Positions 26,193 through 36,670 of a DNA stretch of 64,000 bases are shown here, piece by piece. Numbering within the stretch: position 1 is the first letter of the stretch; each line of letters starts with the position of its first letter. The stretch lies in assembly GCF_988243305.1 (NCBI RefSeq), contig NZ_OZ547136.1. One strand, 5' to 3'. The notes below the pieces were generated by a model. That model worked only from the letters and a program-made list of their open reading frames with translations, had not been told where the DNA came from and did no database searches. The position numbers and the translations under genes were made by a program.

Positions 26193-26464
26193 GCTTGTCT
26201 TCCTGTTTTATTGTGTCACCCCATCCAACTGGATTTTTGACTTCTGGTTGTGACATTTTTTTGACCTGAACGGCGCAGCACTCTGTGCATCCTCTCTGCG
26301 TCGTCCTCACTTCAGGTAAGGCTGTGAATACTCATGTATTCAGCCACCCTTAAAGAATAGCCAATGCTCTATTTAACTCCCGGTAAATCATGAAACATCT
26401 GCGCTTACTCCTGTATTACGCACTAACAGGGGCGGCATCGCGCCCCAGATTTAATGAATAAAGA

Positions 26465-27568
26465 TTACGCCAGTTGACGAAGCATCCGACGCAGCGGCTC
26501 CGCGGCCCCCCACAGCAGCTGGTCGCCCACGGTAAAGGCTGACAGGAACTCTGGTCCCATATTCAGCTTACGCAGGCGGCCTACCGGCGTGGTCAGCGTG
26601 CCGGTAACGGCAGCTGGGGTTAGCTCACGCATAGTGATTTCCCGATCGTTCGGAACGACTTTCGCCCACGGATTGTGTGCAGCCAGCAGTTCTTCCACGG
26701 TCGGAATAGACACATCTTTTTTCAATTTAATAGTGAATGCCTGGCTGTGGCAGCGCAATGCCCCGACACGCACACATAAACCATCTACCGGAATTACGGA
26801 AGATGTGTTGAGGATCTTGTTGGTTTCCGCCTGCCCTTTCCACTCTTCGCGGCTCTGACCGTTATCGAGCTGTTTGTCGATCCACGGAATCAGGCTACCC
26901 GCCAGCGGCACGCCAAAGTTATCCACCGGCAGCTCACCGCTACGGGTTAAGGTTGTGACTTTGCGTTCGATATCGAGAATAGCAGAGGACGGGGTCGCGA
27001 GTTCATCTGCCACATGGCCATACAGATGGCCCATCTGGGTTAATAACTCACGCATATGTCGCGCACCACCGCCGGAAGCGGCCTGGTAGGTTGCAACGGA
27101 CACCCAATCAACAAGATCATTGGCGAATAAACCACCCAACGACATCAACATCAGGCTTACGGTACAGTTGCCGCCAACAAAAGTCCTGATGCCATTATTT
27201 AATCCGTCGGTAATGACGTCCTGATTGACGGGGTCAAGAATGATGATGGCGTCATCTTTCATGCGCAGAGATGATGCTGCATCAATCCAGTAACCTTGCC
27301 ATCCGCTTTCACGAAGCTTTGGATAGATTTCGTTGGTATAATCGCCGCCCTGACAGGTCACAATGATATCGAGGGCCTTTAGCGCCTCCAGATCAAAGGC
27401 ATCCTGAAGTGTGCCAGTGGTTCCGCCAAAAGACGGCGCAGCCTGACCAAGCTGAGAAGTAGAAAAGAAGACAGGGCGAATGGCGTCGAAGTCGCGCTCT
27501 TCAACCATGCGTTGCATGAGAACGGAGCCGACCATACCGCGCCAGCCGATAAAACCAACATTTTTCAT
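26465..27568 (-). CDS. asd: aspartate-semialdehyde dehydrogenase Asd
   Basis: ORF 26465..27628; start trimmed to [17 protein letters not shown] giving 367 aa. Confidence 0.9.
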
Positions 27569-27759
27569 AAGCGTTTTTTCCTGCAAAGATGTGTGCTGTA
27601 TAAATGTGCCGGTCTCCTCTTGGCACATCTTTCACCATACAAAAAGCAGCCAAAGTCGCAAGTGAAATTAATCAATGATAGCGAAGCCATCAGTAATGCG
27701 GCTTATCCTGCTTTGTTAGCACGCAGAAAGTCCGCGGCAATTATCAGGGAATTTGAGTT

Positions 27760-28353
27760 ATGAATGAAATCATTTCTGCAGCAGTTTTATTGATCCTGAT
27801 TATGGATCCGCTCGGAAACCTACCTATTTTCATGTCCGTACTGAAACATACTGAACCGAAAAGACGGCGGGCAATCATGGTGCGAGAGTTGCTTATTGCT
27901 CTCCTGGTGATGCTGGTGTTCCTGTTTGCGGGTGAGAAAATTCTGGCATTTCTTAGCCTGCGGGCAGAAACCGTCTCCATTTCTGGCGGCATCATTCTGT
28001 TTCTGATCGCCATTAAGATGATTTTCCCCAGTGCTTCAGGAAATAGCAGCGGGCTTCCGGCAGGTGAAGAGCCGTTTATCGTGCCGTTGGCAATTCCGTT
28101 AGTCGCCGGGCCGACTATTCTCGCCACGCTGATGTTGTTGTCTCATCAGTACCCGAATCAGATGGGACATCTGGTAATTGCTCTGCTGCTGGCCTGGGGT
28201 GGCACCTTTGTCATCCTGCTACAGTCTTCGCTATTTTTACGTCTGCTGGGCGAGAAAGGGGTGAATGCACTTGAACGCCTGATGGGATTGATTCTGGTGA
28301 TGATGGCGACCCAGATGTTCCTCGACGGCATTCGAATGTGGATGAAGGGGTAA
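27760..28353 (+). CDS. yhgN: MarC-family inner membrane protein YhgN
   Basis: 197-aa polytopic membrane ORF at the expected position. Confidence 0.85.
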   Translation: MNEIISAAVLLILIMDPLGNLPIFMSVLKHTEPKRRRAIMVRELLIALLVMLVFLFAGEKILAFLSLRAETVSISGGIILFLIAIKMIFPSASGNSSGLPAGEEPFIVPLAIPLVAGPTILATLMLLSHQYPNQMGHLVIALLLAWGGTFVILLQSSLFLRLLGEKGVNALERLMGLILVMMATQMFLDGIRMWMKG

Positions 28354-28409
28354 CGAGGAGAGTTTTTCGAAAAGAGCCCGGTAGCGTCACAACTACCGGG
28401 CGAACAAAC

Positions 28410-29750
28410 TTAACTCAACAGCTGGAAAGCAATCATCCCAACGATGGCACCAACAGTGCCGAGGATGGTTTCCATCATGGTCCAGGTTTTCAGCGTTTCG
28501 GCTTCGGTCGCGCCGGTAAATTTACCGAACAACCAGAAACCGGCGTCGTTAACGTGGCTGACAACAATCGAACCACCGGCGATACAAATCGACAGCGCCG
28601 CCATTTGCGCACCGGAGTAGTTCAGTTGTTCAATAACCGGCATCACCAGTCCCACCGCCGTTAAACAGGCAACGGTGGCAGAACCCTGAATGATACGCAC
28701 CGCCGCAGCCAGCACAAAGCAGGTGATGGCAATCGGCAGGCCCATGCCGGTTAACGCTTCGCCCAGTGCCGGACCTACGCCAGAGTCAACCAGCACCTGT
28801 TTGAACACGCCGCCTGCACCAATCACCAGCAGAATGATCCCCGCCGGTTGCAGCGCGTGACCGCAAATCTCCATCACTTTGTCTTTTGGCATGCCCTGAC
28901 GCATTGCCAGGCCATAAATCGCTACCAGACAAGCAACCAGAATCGCGGTAAACGGATGACCAATAAACTCGAACCATTCGTAAGCGGTAGAGCCTTCTGG
29001 CACAAAACGCGCGGCAATGGTTTTCAGCCCTACCAGCACCAGCGGCAACAGGATCAGCGACAGGCTGAATCCGAAAGATGGCATTTTGCCTTCGCCGAGA
29101 TGCGGTTCGCTGATGTCGTCAGGAATATGCAACTCCACGTAGCGGCTGATGAAATTACCCCACAGCGGCCCGGCAATAATCATTCCCGGAATTGCCGCAC
29201 ACAGGCCAATCAGGATCATCCAGCCAAAGTCGGCGTTCATCTGCGATGCCAGCAGCATTGGCGCTGGCCCCGGTACCAGGAACGCAGCCGCGGCCGCCAC
29301 GCCTGCGAATAATGGGATTACCAGTTTCACCAGGTTCGTACCGGTGTGGCGCGCCATTGAGAAAGCAACGCTAATCAGCAGAACAATCGCCACTTCAAAG
29401 AACAGCGGTAGCGCACAAACCAGCCCCGCAAGGCCGATGGCATAATGTGCTCGGCTGTGACCGAAGGATTTGAGCATTTTGACGGCAATCTGATCGACTG
29501 CGCCAGTTTCATGTAAGATCTTGCCAAACATAGCTCCCAGGGCGACAACCACCGCCAGGAAGCCGAGGGTGCCTCCCATCCCTTTTTCCATCGTCGCTGC
29601 GATTTTATCGAGCGGCATACCGGAAAAAAGGCCAGCCCCCATGGACACCACCATCAAAGCCAGGAAAGCGTGCATACGCGCCTTCATGACTAAAAACAGC
29701 AGCAGTAAAACAGACCCTACTGCTGTTAAAACAAGCGTTAATGTAGTCAC
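28410..29750 (-). CDS. gntU: low-affinity gluconate:H+ symporter GntU
   Basis: 446-aa GntP-family permease ORF. Confidence 0.9.
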   Translation of the reverse strand: MTTLTLVLTAVGSVLLLLFLVMKARMHAFLALMVVSMGAGLFSGMPLDKIAATMEKGMGGTLGFLAVVVALGAMFGKILHETGAVDQIAVKMLKSFGHSRAHYAIGLAGLVCALPLFFEVAIVLLISVAFSMARHTGTNLVKLVIPLFAGVAAAAAFLVPGPAPMLLASQMNADFGWMILIGLCAAIPGMIIAGPLWGNFISRYVELHIPDDISEPHLGEGKMPSFGFSLSLILLPLVLVGLKTIAARFVPEGSTAYEWFEFIGHPFTAILVACLVAIYGLAMRQGMPKDKVMEICGHALQPAGIILLVIGAGGVFKQVLVDSGVGPALGEALTGMGLPIAITCFVLAAAVRIIQGSATVACLTAVGLVMPVIEQLNYSGAQMAALSICIAGGSIVVSHVNDAGFWLFGKFTGATEAETLKTWTMMETILGTVGAIVGMIAFQLLS

Positions 29751-29753
29751 TAC

Positions 29754-30281
29754 TTATTTGCCTTTTTTAATAACCTCAATGGTGCTTGCCACAACACCTT
29801 CCAGCGGTTGATCGATATCCACCACCAGTACATCGGTTTCGTCCGCACCCGGCTCCTGCAGCGTTTCAAACTGCGTCACCAACATTTGGGTTTTAAAGAA
29901 ATGGCCTTTGCGCGCTTTCAGGCGGTTTTCAATCACATCAAAATCGCCTTTCAGGTAGATGAACGAGAGATTCGGATTACCCGCGCGTAGCAGGTCGCGA
30001 TAGTGTTTTTTCAGTGCAGAACAGACAATCAGCGACACTTTATTAGTGCGCTGCATAGCAAACGCGGCGTCGTTCAGCGCCTGCAACCACGGTTTGCGAT
30101 CGTCGTCATTCAGCGGTTCGCCAGACGCCATTTTTTCGATATTGCAGCGCGGATGGAGGAAATCGCCATCAAGAAACGCGGCATGAAGTTGATGCGCCAC
30201 TTCACTGGCGACCGCAGATTTGCCGCTGCCCGATACGCCCATCAAGACGTAAATGTGGTGATCATGGTTAGTCGTGCTCAA
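29754..30281 (-). CDS. gntK: thermoresistant gluconokinase GntK
   Basis: ORF 29754..30302; likely TTG start at 30279-30281 giving 175 aa beginning (M)STTNHDHHIYVLMGVSGSGKS (P-loop). Confidence 0.85.
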   Translation of the reverse strand: MSTTNHDHHIYVLMGVSGSGKSAVASEVAHQLHAAFLDGDFLHPRCNIEKMASGEPLNDDDRKPWLQALNDAAFAMQRTNKVSLIVCSALKKHYRDLLRAGNPNLSFIYLKGDFDVIENRLKARKGHFFKTQMLVTQFETLQEPGADETDVLVVDIDQPLEGVVASTIEVIKKGK

Positions 30282-30419
30282 AGTGGTGCCCCCACAATAC
30301 AAGAATTAAAAATGTTACGGGTAACTGTTATCGGTAACATTGTCCGGCCGGACAATATCAGAAGCAATATCCATCCGTGCCTTAAGTGTATAAGTGTGAG
30401 CTACTTCAAATTTGTGGGC

Positions 30420-31415
30420 TTAAATAGATCCGCCCGGTGACAAGGTGAAACCTAAATCTAACATTTTCGGTGTCACAGATTCGCCACGAATACGCGCCAG
30501 CAGGCGTTCAGCGCCAATACTGCCCATCCGCTCACGCGGCGTCAGTACGCTCGCCAACCGTGGTTCCATCACCTGACCAATGTCATGACCATGGAAACCG
30601 GCAATCGCCATATCGTCAGGAACTTTCAACCCCAGACGCTGGCATTCAAACGCCGCGCCGACCGCCAGGTCATCATTAGTACAGAACACGCCATCCAGCT
30701 GCGGATATTCCCGCCTCGCCTGGCGAATCAGTTCAATACCGGAAGAGTAAGAAGAAGATTGCTCAACCATCACGCTATACGGCACCAGGCCTGCATCCAG
30801 CATCGCCTGTTCGTATCCCTTCTGTTTGATGATAGTACGTTCGTCGAGACGTGCGCCGAGATAGGCAATGTGGCGATGCCCGCGAGCAATAATGGCGGTG
30901 GTCATCTGGCGTGCCGCTTCAAAGTTATCAAAACCGACGGCAATATCGAGGCACGGCGACTTGCTGTCCATCAACTCCACCACCGGAATCCCCGCCACTT
31001 CAATCATCTTTAAGGTGCGCGGCGTGTGGGTACGTTCGGTGAGGATCAGTCCGTCGATATTCCATGAGAGCATTGATTCGAGGCGTTCTTGCTCCATTTC
31101 CGGTTTATAACCGTAGTGGGCCAGCATGGTCTGATAACCGTGCGCGTCGGTGACGCTTTCGATTCCGCGTAATACTTCCGCGAAAACCTGGTTGGTGAGA
31201 GAAGGTAACAGGACGCCAATCGCCCGGCTGGTGGCGTTAGAGAGGATATCGGGCGCGCGATTGGGAATATAACCCAGTTCATCAAGAGCGGCGGCAATCT
31301 TGCCGCGTAGAGCGACGGAAACCTGCTCCGGGTTACGCAAAAAGCGGCTGACCGTCATTTTGGTCACGCCTACACGGTCAGCCACATCCTGAAGTACGGG
31401 TCTTTTCTTTTTCAT
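30420..31415 (-). CDS. gntR: LacI-family gluconate repressor GntR
   Basis: 331-aa ORF with an N-terminal LacI-type HTH. Confidence 0.9.
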   Translation of the reverse strand: MKKKRPVLQDVADRVGVTKMTVSRFLRNPEQVSVALRGKIAAALDELGYIPNRAPDILSNATSRAIGVLLPSLTNQVFAEVLRGIESVTDAHGYQTMLAHYGYKPEMEQERLESMLSWNIDGLILTERTHTPRTLKMIEVAGIPVVELMDSKSPCLDIAVGFDNFEAARQMTTAIIARGHRHIAYLGARLDERTIIKQKGYEQAMLDAGLVPYSVMVEQSSSYSSGIELIRQARREYPQLDGVFCTNDDLAVGAAFECQRLGLKVPDDMAIAGFHGHDIGQVMEPRLASVLTPRERMGSIGAERLLARIRGESVTPKMLDLGFTLSPGGSI

Positions 31416-31638
31416 CGTCCTGAAGGTACAAAAGAGATAGATTCTCTTAGTTTAACACGGACGCATCAGAACCTTCCCGGGGAAAACAGTGCTTGTTTAC
31501 AATTATTAGATATACACTAAATCAATTGCATCGCATTGTGCTAACGACGCGGCAAAACCCCGGAAGCGTACATCAGCACGCGACCGGAGCGAGCGAGGAA
31601 GCCTGCAAAAAGGCAGGCTTCAAAGATGCCGTTGAGTT

Positions 31639-32334
31639 TTAAACCGGCGGCAGATCGAACAGTAACACTTCGCTGTCGCTATCCGCATGAATGGAGATTG
31701 CCTGCTCATCCCAGATTGCCAGACCATCACTGGTCGAGGCTTTCACGCCGTTAATGGTGACATTGCCTTTCACCACCTGGATCCAGACGCGGCGTTCAGC
31801 GGCAATCTGATGCACCGACTGCTCATCTTTCAGCAATGCCCAACGATACAGTTCCATATCCTGATGCACTTTCAGCGAACCATCTCGCGCATCCGGCGAG
31901 AGCACCAGCTGTTTGCCCTGTACGGCATCGAAGCGACGCTGTTCATAACGCGGCGTAATACCGTTTTCTTCCGGCATGATCCAGATTTGATACAGATGCA
32001 GACGCTCGGTGCTGCTTGGGTTGTACTCTGAGTGACGAATACCCGTACCCGCACTCATAATCTGGAACTCACCCGCCGGAACCTGCTCTTTATTGCCCAT
32101 GCTGTCCTGGTGCTCAACAGTACCTTCCAGCACGTAGGTCAAAATTTCCATATCTTTATGTGGGTGAGTGCCGAAGCCCTGCCCTGCTTCAATCACGTCG
32201 TCGTTAATCACGCGCAGCGCGGAGAAACCCATAAAGTTCGGGTCGTAATAGTTGGCAAAAGAGAAAGTATGCCAGGAGTCCAGCCAGCCATGATTTGCAT
32301 GACCACGTTCATTTGCTTTGCGTAAGTAGATCAT
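31639..32334 (-). CDS. yhhW: pirin-like cupin (quercetin 2,3-dioxygenase) YhhW
   Basis: 231-aa ORF with a cupin metal-binding His motif. Confidence 0.85.
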   Translation of the reverse strand: MIYLRKANERGHANHGWLDSWHTFSFANYYDPNFMGFSALRVINDDVIEAGQGFGTHPHKDMEILTYVLEGTVEHQDSMGNKEQVPAGEFQIMSAGTGIRHSEYNPSSTERLHLYQIWIMPEENGITPRYEQRRFDAVQGKQLVLSPDARDGSLKVHQDMELYRWALLKDEQSVHQIAAERRVWIQVVKGNVTINGVKASTSDGLAIWDEQAISIHADSDSEVLLFDLPPV

Positions 32335-32456
32335 TTGTATTCGCCCCCTGAATGTTTTCGATGGGCTTAGTGTGGACCCGATCTGCCTGGGATGATAGAG
32401 GGTGAAAATTGACCCCTCTGTTCAAAAAAATTGAACTATTCGAGGGGCCATCAAAC

Positions 32457-33494
32457 TTACTTCGCGAGAGTCACTGTGGAGGGAGAGGCTTGCTCAAATC
32501 CTCGTTCAAGGATTTCCAGATTGGTAAGAACTTCAGATTCCTTGACGTAATTTGGCGCACCGTTGGTGATGGTTTGATACAACGCATCATAAACGCGCCC
32601 GTAATCGCCCATCTCCGGCTTCATCTCTTCTCTGACCGTCACACCCTCGTCATTGACATACTCCAGCACACCGACCGAATCATCCGCCGCGAATCCCGGT
32701 TCGCCCGGCATAATATTAGCCTTGAGGCTGGTTTCCTGCTGGTCGATACCGTATTTAATAAACGAACCTTTCTTACCGTGAACGATAAATTTCGGATAAT
32801 CGATTTTCACCAGATGGCTGGTTTTGACGATGGCTTTCAGGTCGCCATAAAACAGTTGCGCTTCAAAGGTGTCGTCAGGATTGGCTTTATTGCGCAGGCT
32901 GCGGATGTCATAAGCGACGTGATCCGGGCGACCGAACAGAGAAATAATCTGGTCCATCGTATGCACACCAAGGCCATAGAACGCGCCATCCTGCGGCAAC
33001 CCAGGTTTGGTTTCTGCCACCGGGCGGTAATAGTCAAAATGGCTTTCCACTTCAACAATCTCTCCCAGCTTACCGCTTTCAATCGCTCTTTTCGCCGTCA
33101 GGAAGCAGGAATCAAAGCGACGATTCTGATACGGCGTGACGGTCAGCCCTTTGCTTTTCGCCAGCGCAAACAGCTCTTTCGCCTGCGCAATTGTCGGAGT
33201 AAACGGTTTTTCGACCAGCACATTTTTCCCGGCTTCCAGCGCGCGTTTCGCGTATTCGAAATGACTATCCGCGTGGGTGCAGACGACAACCAGCTTAACA
33301 TCGGGATCGTTTAGCACTTCGTCGAGATCGCTGGTGAAATGGATATGAGAGTAAATGGGAGCCTGTTCTTCCGGCTTCGCATGGCGGCGAAAAATATGCG
33401 CGACATGCCAGCTATCCTTGCGGTTAAGTACATACGGCAGATGGTAACGGGTGGTGCTTTTGCCGAAGCCAATAAAGGCGCAGTTGATGACCAT
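32457..33494 (-). CDS. yhhX: Gfo/Idh/MocA-family oxidoreductase YhhX
   Basis: 345-aa ORF with an N-terminal Rossmann motif. Confidence 0.85.
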   Translation of the reverse strand: MVINCAFIGFGKSTTRYHLPYVLNRKDSWHVAHIFRRHAKPEEQAPIYSHIHFTSDLDEVLNDPDVKLVVVCTHADSHFEYAKRALEAGKNVLVEKPFTPTIAQAKELFALAKSKGLTVTPYQNRRFDSCFLTAKRAIESGKLGEIVEVESHFDYYRPVAETKPGLPQDGAFYGLGVHTMDQIISLFGRPDHVAYDIRSLRNKANPDDTFEAQLFYGDLKAIVKTSHLVKIDYPKFIVHGKKGSFIKYGIDQQETSLKANIMPGEPGFAADDSVGVLEYVNDEGVTVREEMKPEMGDYGRVYDALYQTITNGAPNYVKESEVLTNLEILERGFEQASPSTVTLAK

Positions 33495-33614
33495 GATTTC
33501 GTCCTTTTTAAGGTGGTTATTTACACCTTAGCGCAAAGCGGACGTGGTTCCTACTGGAGTGCGCATAACGAACACAAGCACTTCCCGTGGATAAATTGAA
33601 AACGAAAGATCAAA

Positions 33615-33706
33615 AAAAAAGCCAGCACCCGGCTGGCTAAGTAATACTGGAAGCAATGTGAGCAATGTCGTGCTTTCAGGTTCTCCGCGAGGGTCTTCCT
33701 GATCGC
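33615..33706 (-). ncRNA. ryhB: RyhB small RNA (Fur-repressed iron-sparing sRNA)
   Basis: Minus strand reads gcgatcaggaagaccctcgcggagaacctgaaagcacgacattgctcacattgcttccagtattacttagccagccgggtgctggctttt: terminator hairpin plus U-run, at the expected yhhX-yhhY position. Confidence 0.9.
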
Positions 33707-33735
33707 AAGACAATAATAATCATTCTCATTCGCAC
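33707..33735 (-). promoter_or_regulatory. Fur box / promoter of ryhB
   Basis: Minus strand immediately upstream of the RyhB 5' end reads aatgagaatgattattattgtc, a Fur-box-like AT hexamer array. Confidence 0.7.
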
Positions 33736-33828
33736 TTGTCCAACACTTTTTGCAAAAAAAATGCATTTGACTCGCATTTGAAAGTCAATGATGTTGAAAG
33801 GGACATTTACCCCAAAGAGGACAAAGGA

Positions 33829-34317
33829 ATGAGTGAGATAGTGATACGCCATGCTGAAACGCGCGATTACGAGGCCATCAGGCAGATTCACGCCCAGCCG
33901 GAGGTGTATTGCAACACGCTACAGGTGCCTCATCCTTCCGATCATATGTGGCAGGAGCGACTCGCCGATCGTCCCGGCATCAAGCAACTCGTCGCCTGTA
34001 TTGATGGAGACGTCGTGGGCCATCTCACCATTGACGTGCAACAGCGCCCACGCCGCAGTCATGTTGCAGATTTTGGTATTTGTGTCGACTCCCGTTGGAA
34101 GAATCGCGGCGTCGCCAGCGCCCTGATGCGAGAGATGATTGAAATGTGCGACAACTGGTTGCGGGTAGATCGTATTGAGCTAACGGTGTTCATCGATAAC
34201 GCGCCAGCAATTAAGGTCTATAAAAAATTTGGATTTGAGATTGAAGGGACTGGCAAGAAGTACGCATTACGTAATGGTGAATATGTCGATGCGTATTATA
34301 TGGCGCGGGTGAAGTAA
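33829..34317 (+). CDS. yhhY: GNAT-family N-acetyltransferase YhhY
   Basis: ORF 33736..34317; start trimmed to MSEIVIRHAETRDYEAIRQIH giving 162 aa. Confidence 0.85.
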   Translation: MSEIVIRHAETRDYEAIRQIHAQPEVYCNTLQVPHPSDHMWQERLADRPGIKQLVACIDGDVVGHLTIDVQQRPRRSHVADFGICVDSRWKNRGVASALMREMIEMCDNWLRVDRIELTVFIDNAPAIKVYKKFGFEIEGTGKKYALRNGEYVDAYYMARVK

Positions 34318-34551
34318 GATAGTGCCCTTTTTCTGAGATGGAAAAAGGGTGTCATTCAAAATCGGCATACCTTCCTTTAATGTATTTATTTTCCCAATAA
34401 ATATATAAGATTTACCTCATAATTACGTCCTAAAGTGTAATATTTTATTATTAATATATACGCCTACAATTTCCTGGAGTAAATAAATAACAATTAACAA
34501 GCATAATAGTGCCATTAATAAAATAGCATGCCATAAAAGGACTTTTCAGGG

Positions 34552-35730
34552 ATGAGTAATATTGTTTACCTGACAGTAACGGGAGAACAACAAGGAAACA
34601 TCTCCGCAGGTTGTGGGACTACTGAATCTATAGGTAATCGCTGGCAGAGTGGGCATGAGGATGAAATATTTACATTCTCACTCGCAAATAGAATTACTAA
34701 TACGGGACTTGGTTCACAGTTACAGGGTATGACATTTTGTAAATTAATTGATAAAAGCACTCCATTACTTATTAATTCCATTAACAATAATGAGCAATTA
34801 TTTATGGAATTTGACTTTTATAGAATCAATAGATTTGGTAGATGGGAAAAGTATTATTATATACAACTAAGAGGCGCTTTTTTATCGGCTATTCATCATC
34901 AGATCATTCAAAATCAACTGGATACAGAAACAATAACTGTTAGTTATGAATTTATCCTCTGTCAACATCTTATCGCAAATACCGAGTTCAGCTATTTGGC
35001 ACTCCCTGAAAATTATAACCGTTTGTTTTTACCAAATTCAAAAAACCAAACAAATAATCGTTTCAAAACTTTAAACAGCAAAGCTATTGGCAGGCTACTT
35101 GCTGCTGGTGGCGTATACAATGGGAACATTGAAGGATTCAGAGATACTGCGGAAAAACTGGGTGGAGATGCAATAAAAGGCTATGATCAAATACTAAATG
35201 AAAAAACAGCGGGCATAGCGATAGCAACAGCATCTATTCTTTTAACAAAGCGTTCTAATGTTGATACATATACAGAAATAAATAGTTACTTAGGCAAACT
35301 TAGAGGTCAACAAAAACTTCTTGATGGTATAGACATAATAGAAATAATATACATTAAGAGACCTTCAAAAGACTTAGCTAACTTACGAAAGGAGTTTAAT
35401 AAAACTGTAAGAAAAAATTTTCTTATCAAACTTGCAAAAACCTCCGAAGCATCTGGAAGATTCAACGCCGAAGACCTTTTAAGAATGAGAAAGGGCAATG
35501 TTCCTCTAAATTATAATGTTCACCATAAACTATCTCTAGATGATGGTGGTACTAATGATTTCGAAAATTTAGTATTAATCGAAAACGAACCATATCATAA
35601 AGTTTTTACTAACATGCAATCACGAATAGCTAAGGGAGTATTAGTAGGTGAAAGCAAAATCACTCCCTGGGCCATTCCATCTGGCTCAATTTATCCTCCC
35701 ATGAAAAATATTATGGAACCCACAAAATGA
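34552..35730 (+). CDS. yhhZ: Hcp-domain protein with C-terminal HNH/AHH-like nuclease toxin extension
   Basis: 392-aa ORF; N-terminal ~160 aa Hcp-like, C-terminus has the VHHKLSLDDGGTNDFENLVLIENEPYH motif; AT-rich gene. Confidence 0.8.
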   Translation: MSNIVYLTVTGEQQGNISAGCGTTESIGNRWQSGHEDEIFTFSLANRITNTGLGSQLQGMTFCKLIDKSTPLLINSINNNEQLFMEFDFYRINRFGRWEKYYYIQLRGAFLSAIHHQIIQNQLDTETITVSYEFILCQHLIANTEFSYLALPENYNRLFLPNSKNQTNNRFKTLNSKAIGRLLAAGGVYNGNIEGFRDTAEKLGGDAIKGYDQILNEKTAGIAIATASILLTKRSNVDTYTEINSYLGKLRGQQKLLDGIDIIEIIYIKRPSKDLANLRKEFNKTVRKNFLIKLAKTSEASGRFNAEDLLRMRKGNVPLNYNVHHKLSLDDGGTNDFENLVLIENEPYHKVFTNMQSRIAKGVLVGESKITPWAIPSGSIYPPMKNIMEPTK

Positions 35731-36221
35731 TGACTAAGACCCAAATAAATAAATTAAAAAAAATGATGAATGATTTAGACTATCCATTTGAAGCACCGCT
35801 TAAGGAATCATTTATTGAAAGTATAATCCAAATAGAATTTAATTCTAATTCAACTAATTGCCTGGAGAAGTTATGTAATGAAGTTAGTATTCTTTTTAAG
35901 AATCAACCTGATTATCTTACTTTTTTAAGAGCAATGGATGGATTCGAAGCTAATGGATTACGATTATTTAGCCTCTCGATTCCAGAACCTTCAGTTAAAA
36001 ACCTTTTTGCCGTAAATGAATTTTATAGAAATAATGATGATTTCATAAACCCTGATCTACAAGAACGGTTAGTGATCGGTGATGATAGCATTTCAATATT
36101 TACTTATGACATTAAAAATAACTTTTTTGAAATTAGAGATAATATTGGCACCGAAAATATATTCAGTTCGTTTAGTGATTTCTCTTCATTCTTAAACGAA
36201 ATCATGGACAGTTGTTCATAA
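35727..36221 (+). CDS. yrhA: putative cognate immunity protein of the YhhZ toxin (intact here)
   Basis: 164-aa acidic ORF whose start overlaps the yhhZ stop by 4 bp (ATGA), consistent with translational coupling. Confidence 0.65.
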   Translation: MMTKTQINKLKKMMNDLDYPFEAPLKESFIESIIQIEFNSNSTNCLEKLCNEVSILFKNQPDYLTFLRAMDGFEANGLRLFSLSIPEPSVKNLFAVNEFYRNNDDFINPDLQERLVIGDDSISIFTYDIKNNFFEIRDNIGTENIFSSFSDFSSFLNEIMDSCS

Positions 36222-36306
36222 TAATCAAAAGATAACAAAAATCATTGTAAACCATGCCATCTTTTTAGAGATTACCAGCAGAAAATTCCTTGTTCGAAAC
36301 TTAGCA

Positions 36307-36432
36307 ATGCAAGCTATGGAAAAACTTACAACGGAACTACACTCCTTAAGTGAGATGGACCGAAGACATGTAATCTCTATTTTAGCCGAAATAGCTAATG
36401 GCTATGATGATTTTAGTGACATGTTGATTTAG
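36307..36432 (+). pseudogene. short orphan ORF fragment in the toxin-locus tail
   Basis: 41-codon ORF MQAMEKLTTELHSLSEMDRRHVISILAEIANGYDDFSDMLI in AT-rich DNA; a further start-less coding-like stretch lies at ~36480-36636. Confidence 0.35.
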
Positions 36433-36670
36433 TTAGAATTTCACCCGAATCATAAGATTCTGATATCTTAAATAAGAAAATCCCGTTCGACGTTCTGAAA
36501 AAGAAATCACAAAATATTAGCAGATACTTATTTCGTGACTGTATATTATCCGATGAACTTTTTTCAAAACTAGCATTTAATAATATCTTTGACGAAGATG
36601 AACGCGTCTTTGCTCAAAGTATAACGCAGGAATAATAATATAACGTTCAACAATAATATTTATTATAATT

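Noticed and set aside
26390-26461. 23-codon ORF with a GC hairpin between glgB and asd (possible leader peptide)
   Set aside because: It lies downstream of asd on the opposite strand and has no attenuator logic I can support.
32409-33314. 301-aa plus-strand ORF opposite yhhX
   Set aside because: Shadow ORF; yhhX on the minus strand has the Rossmann motif and expected length.
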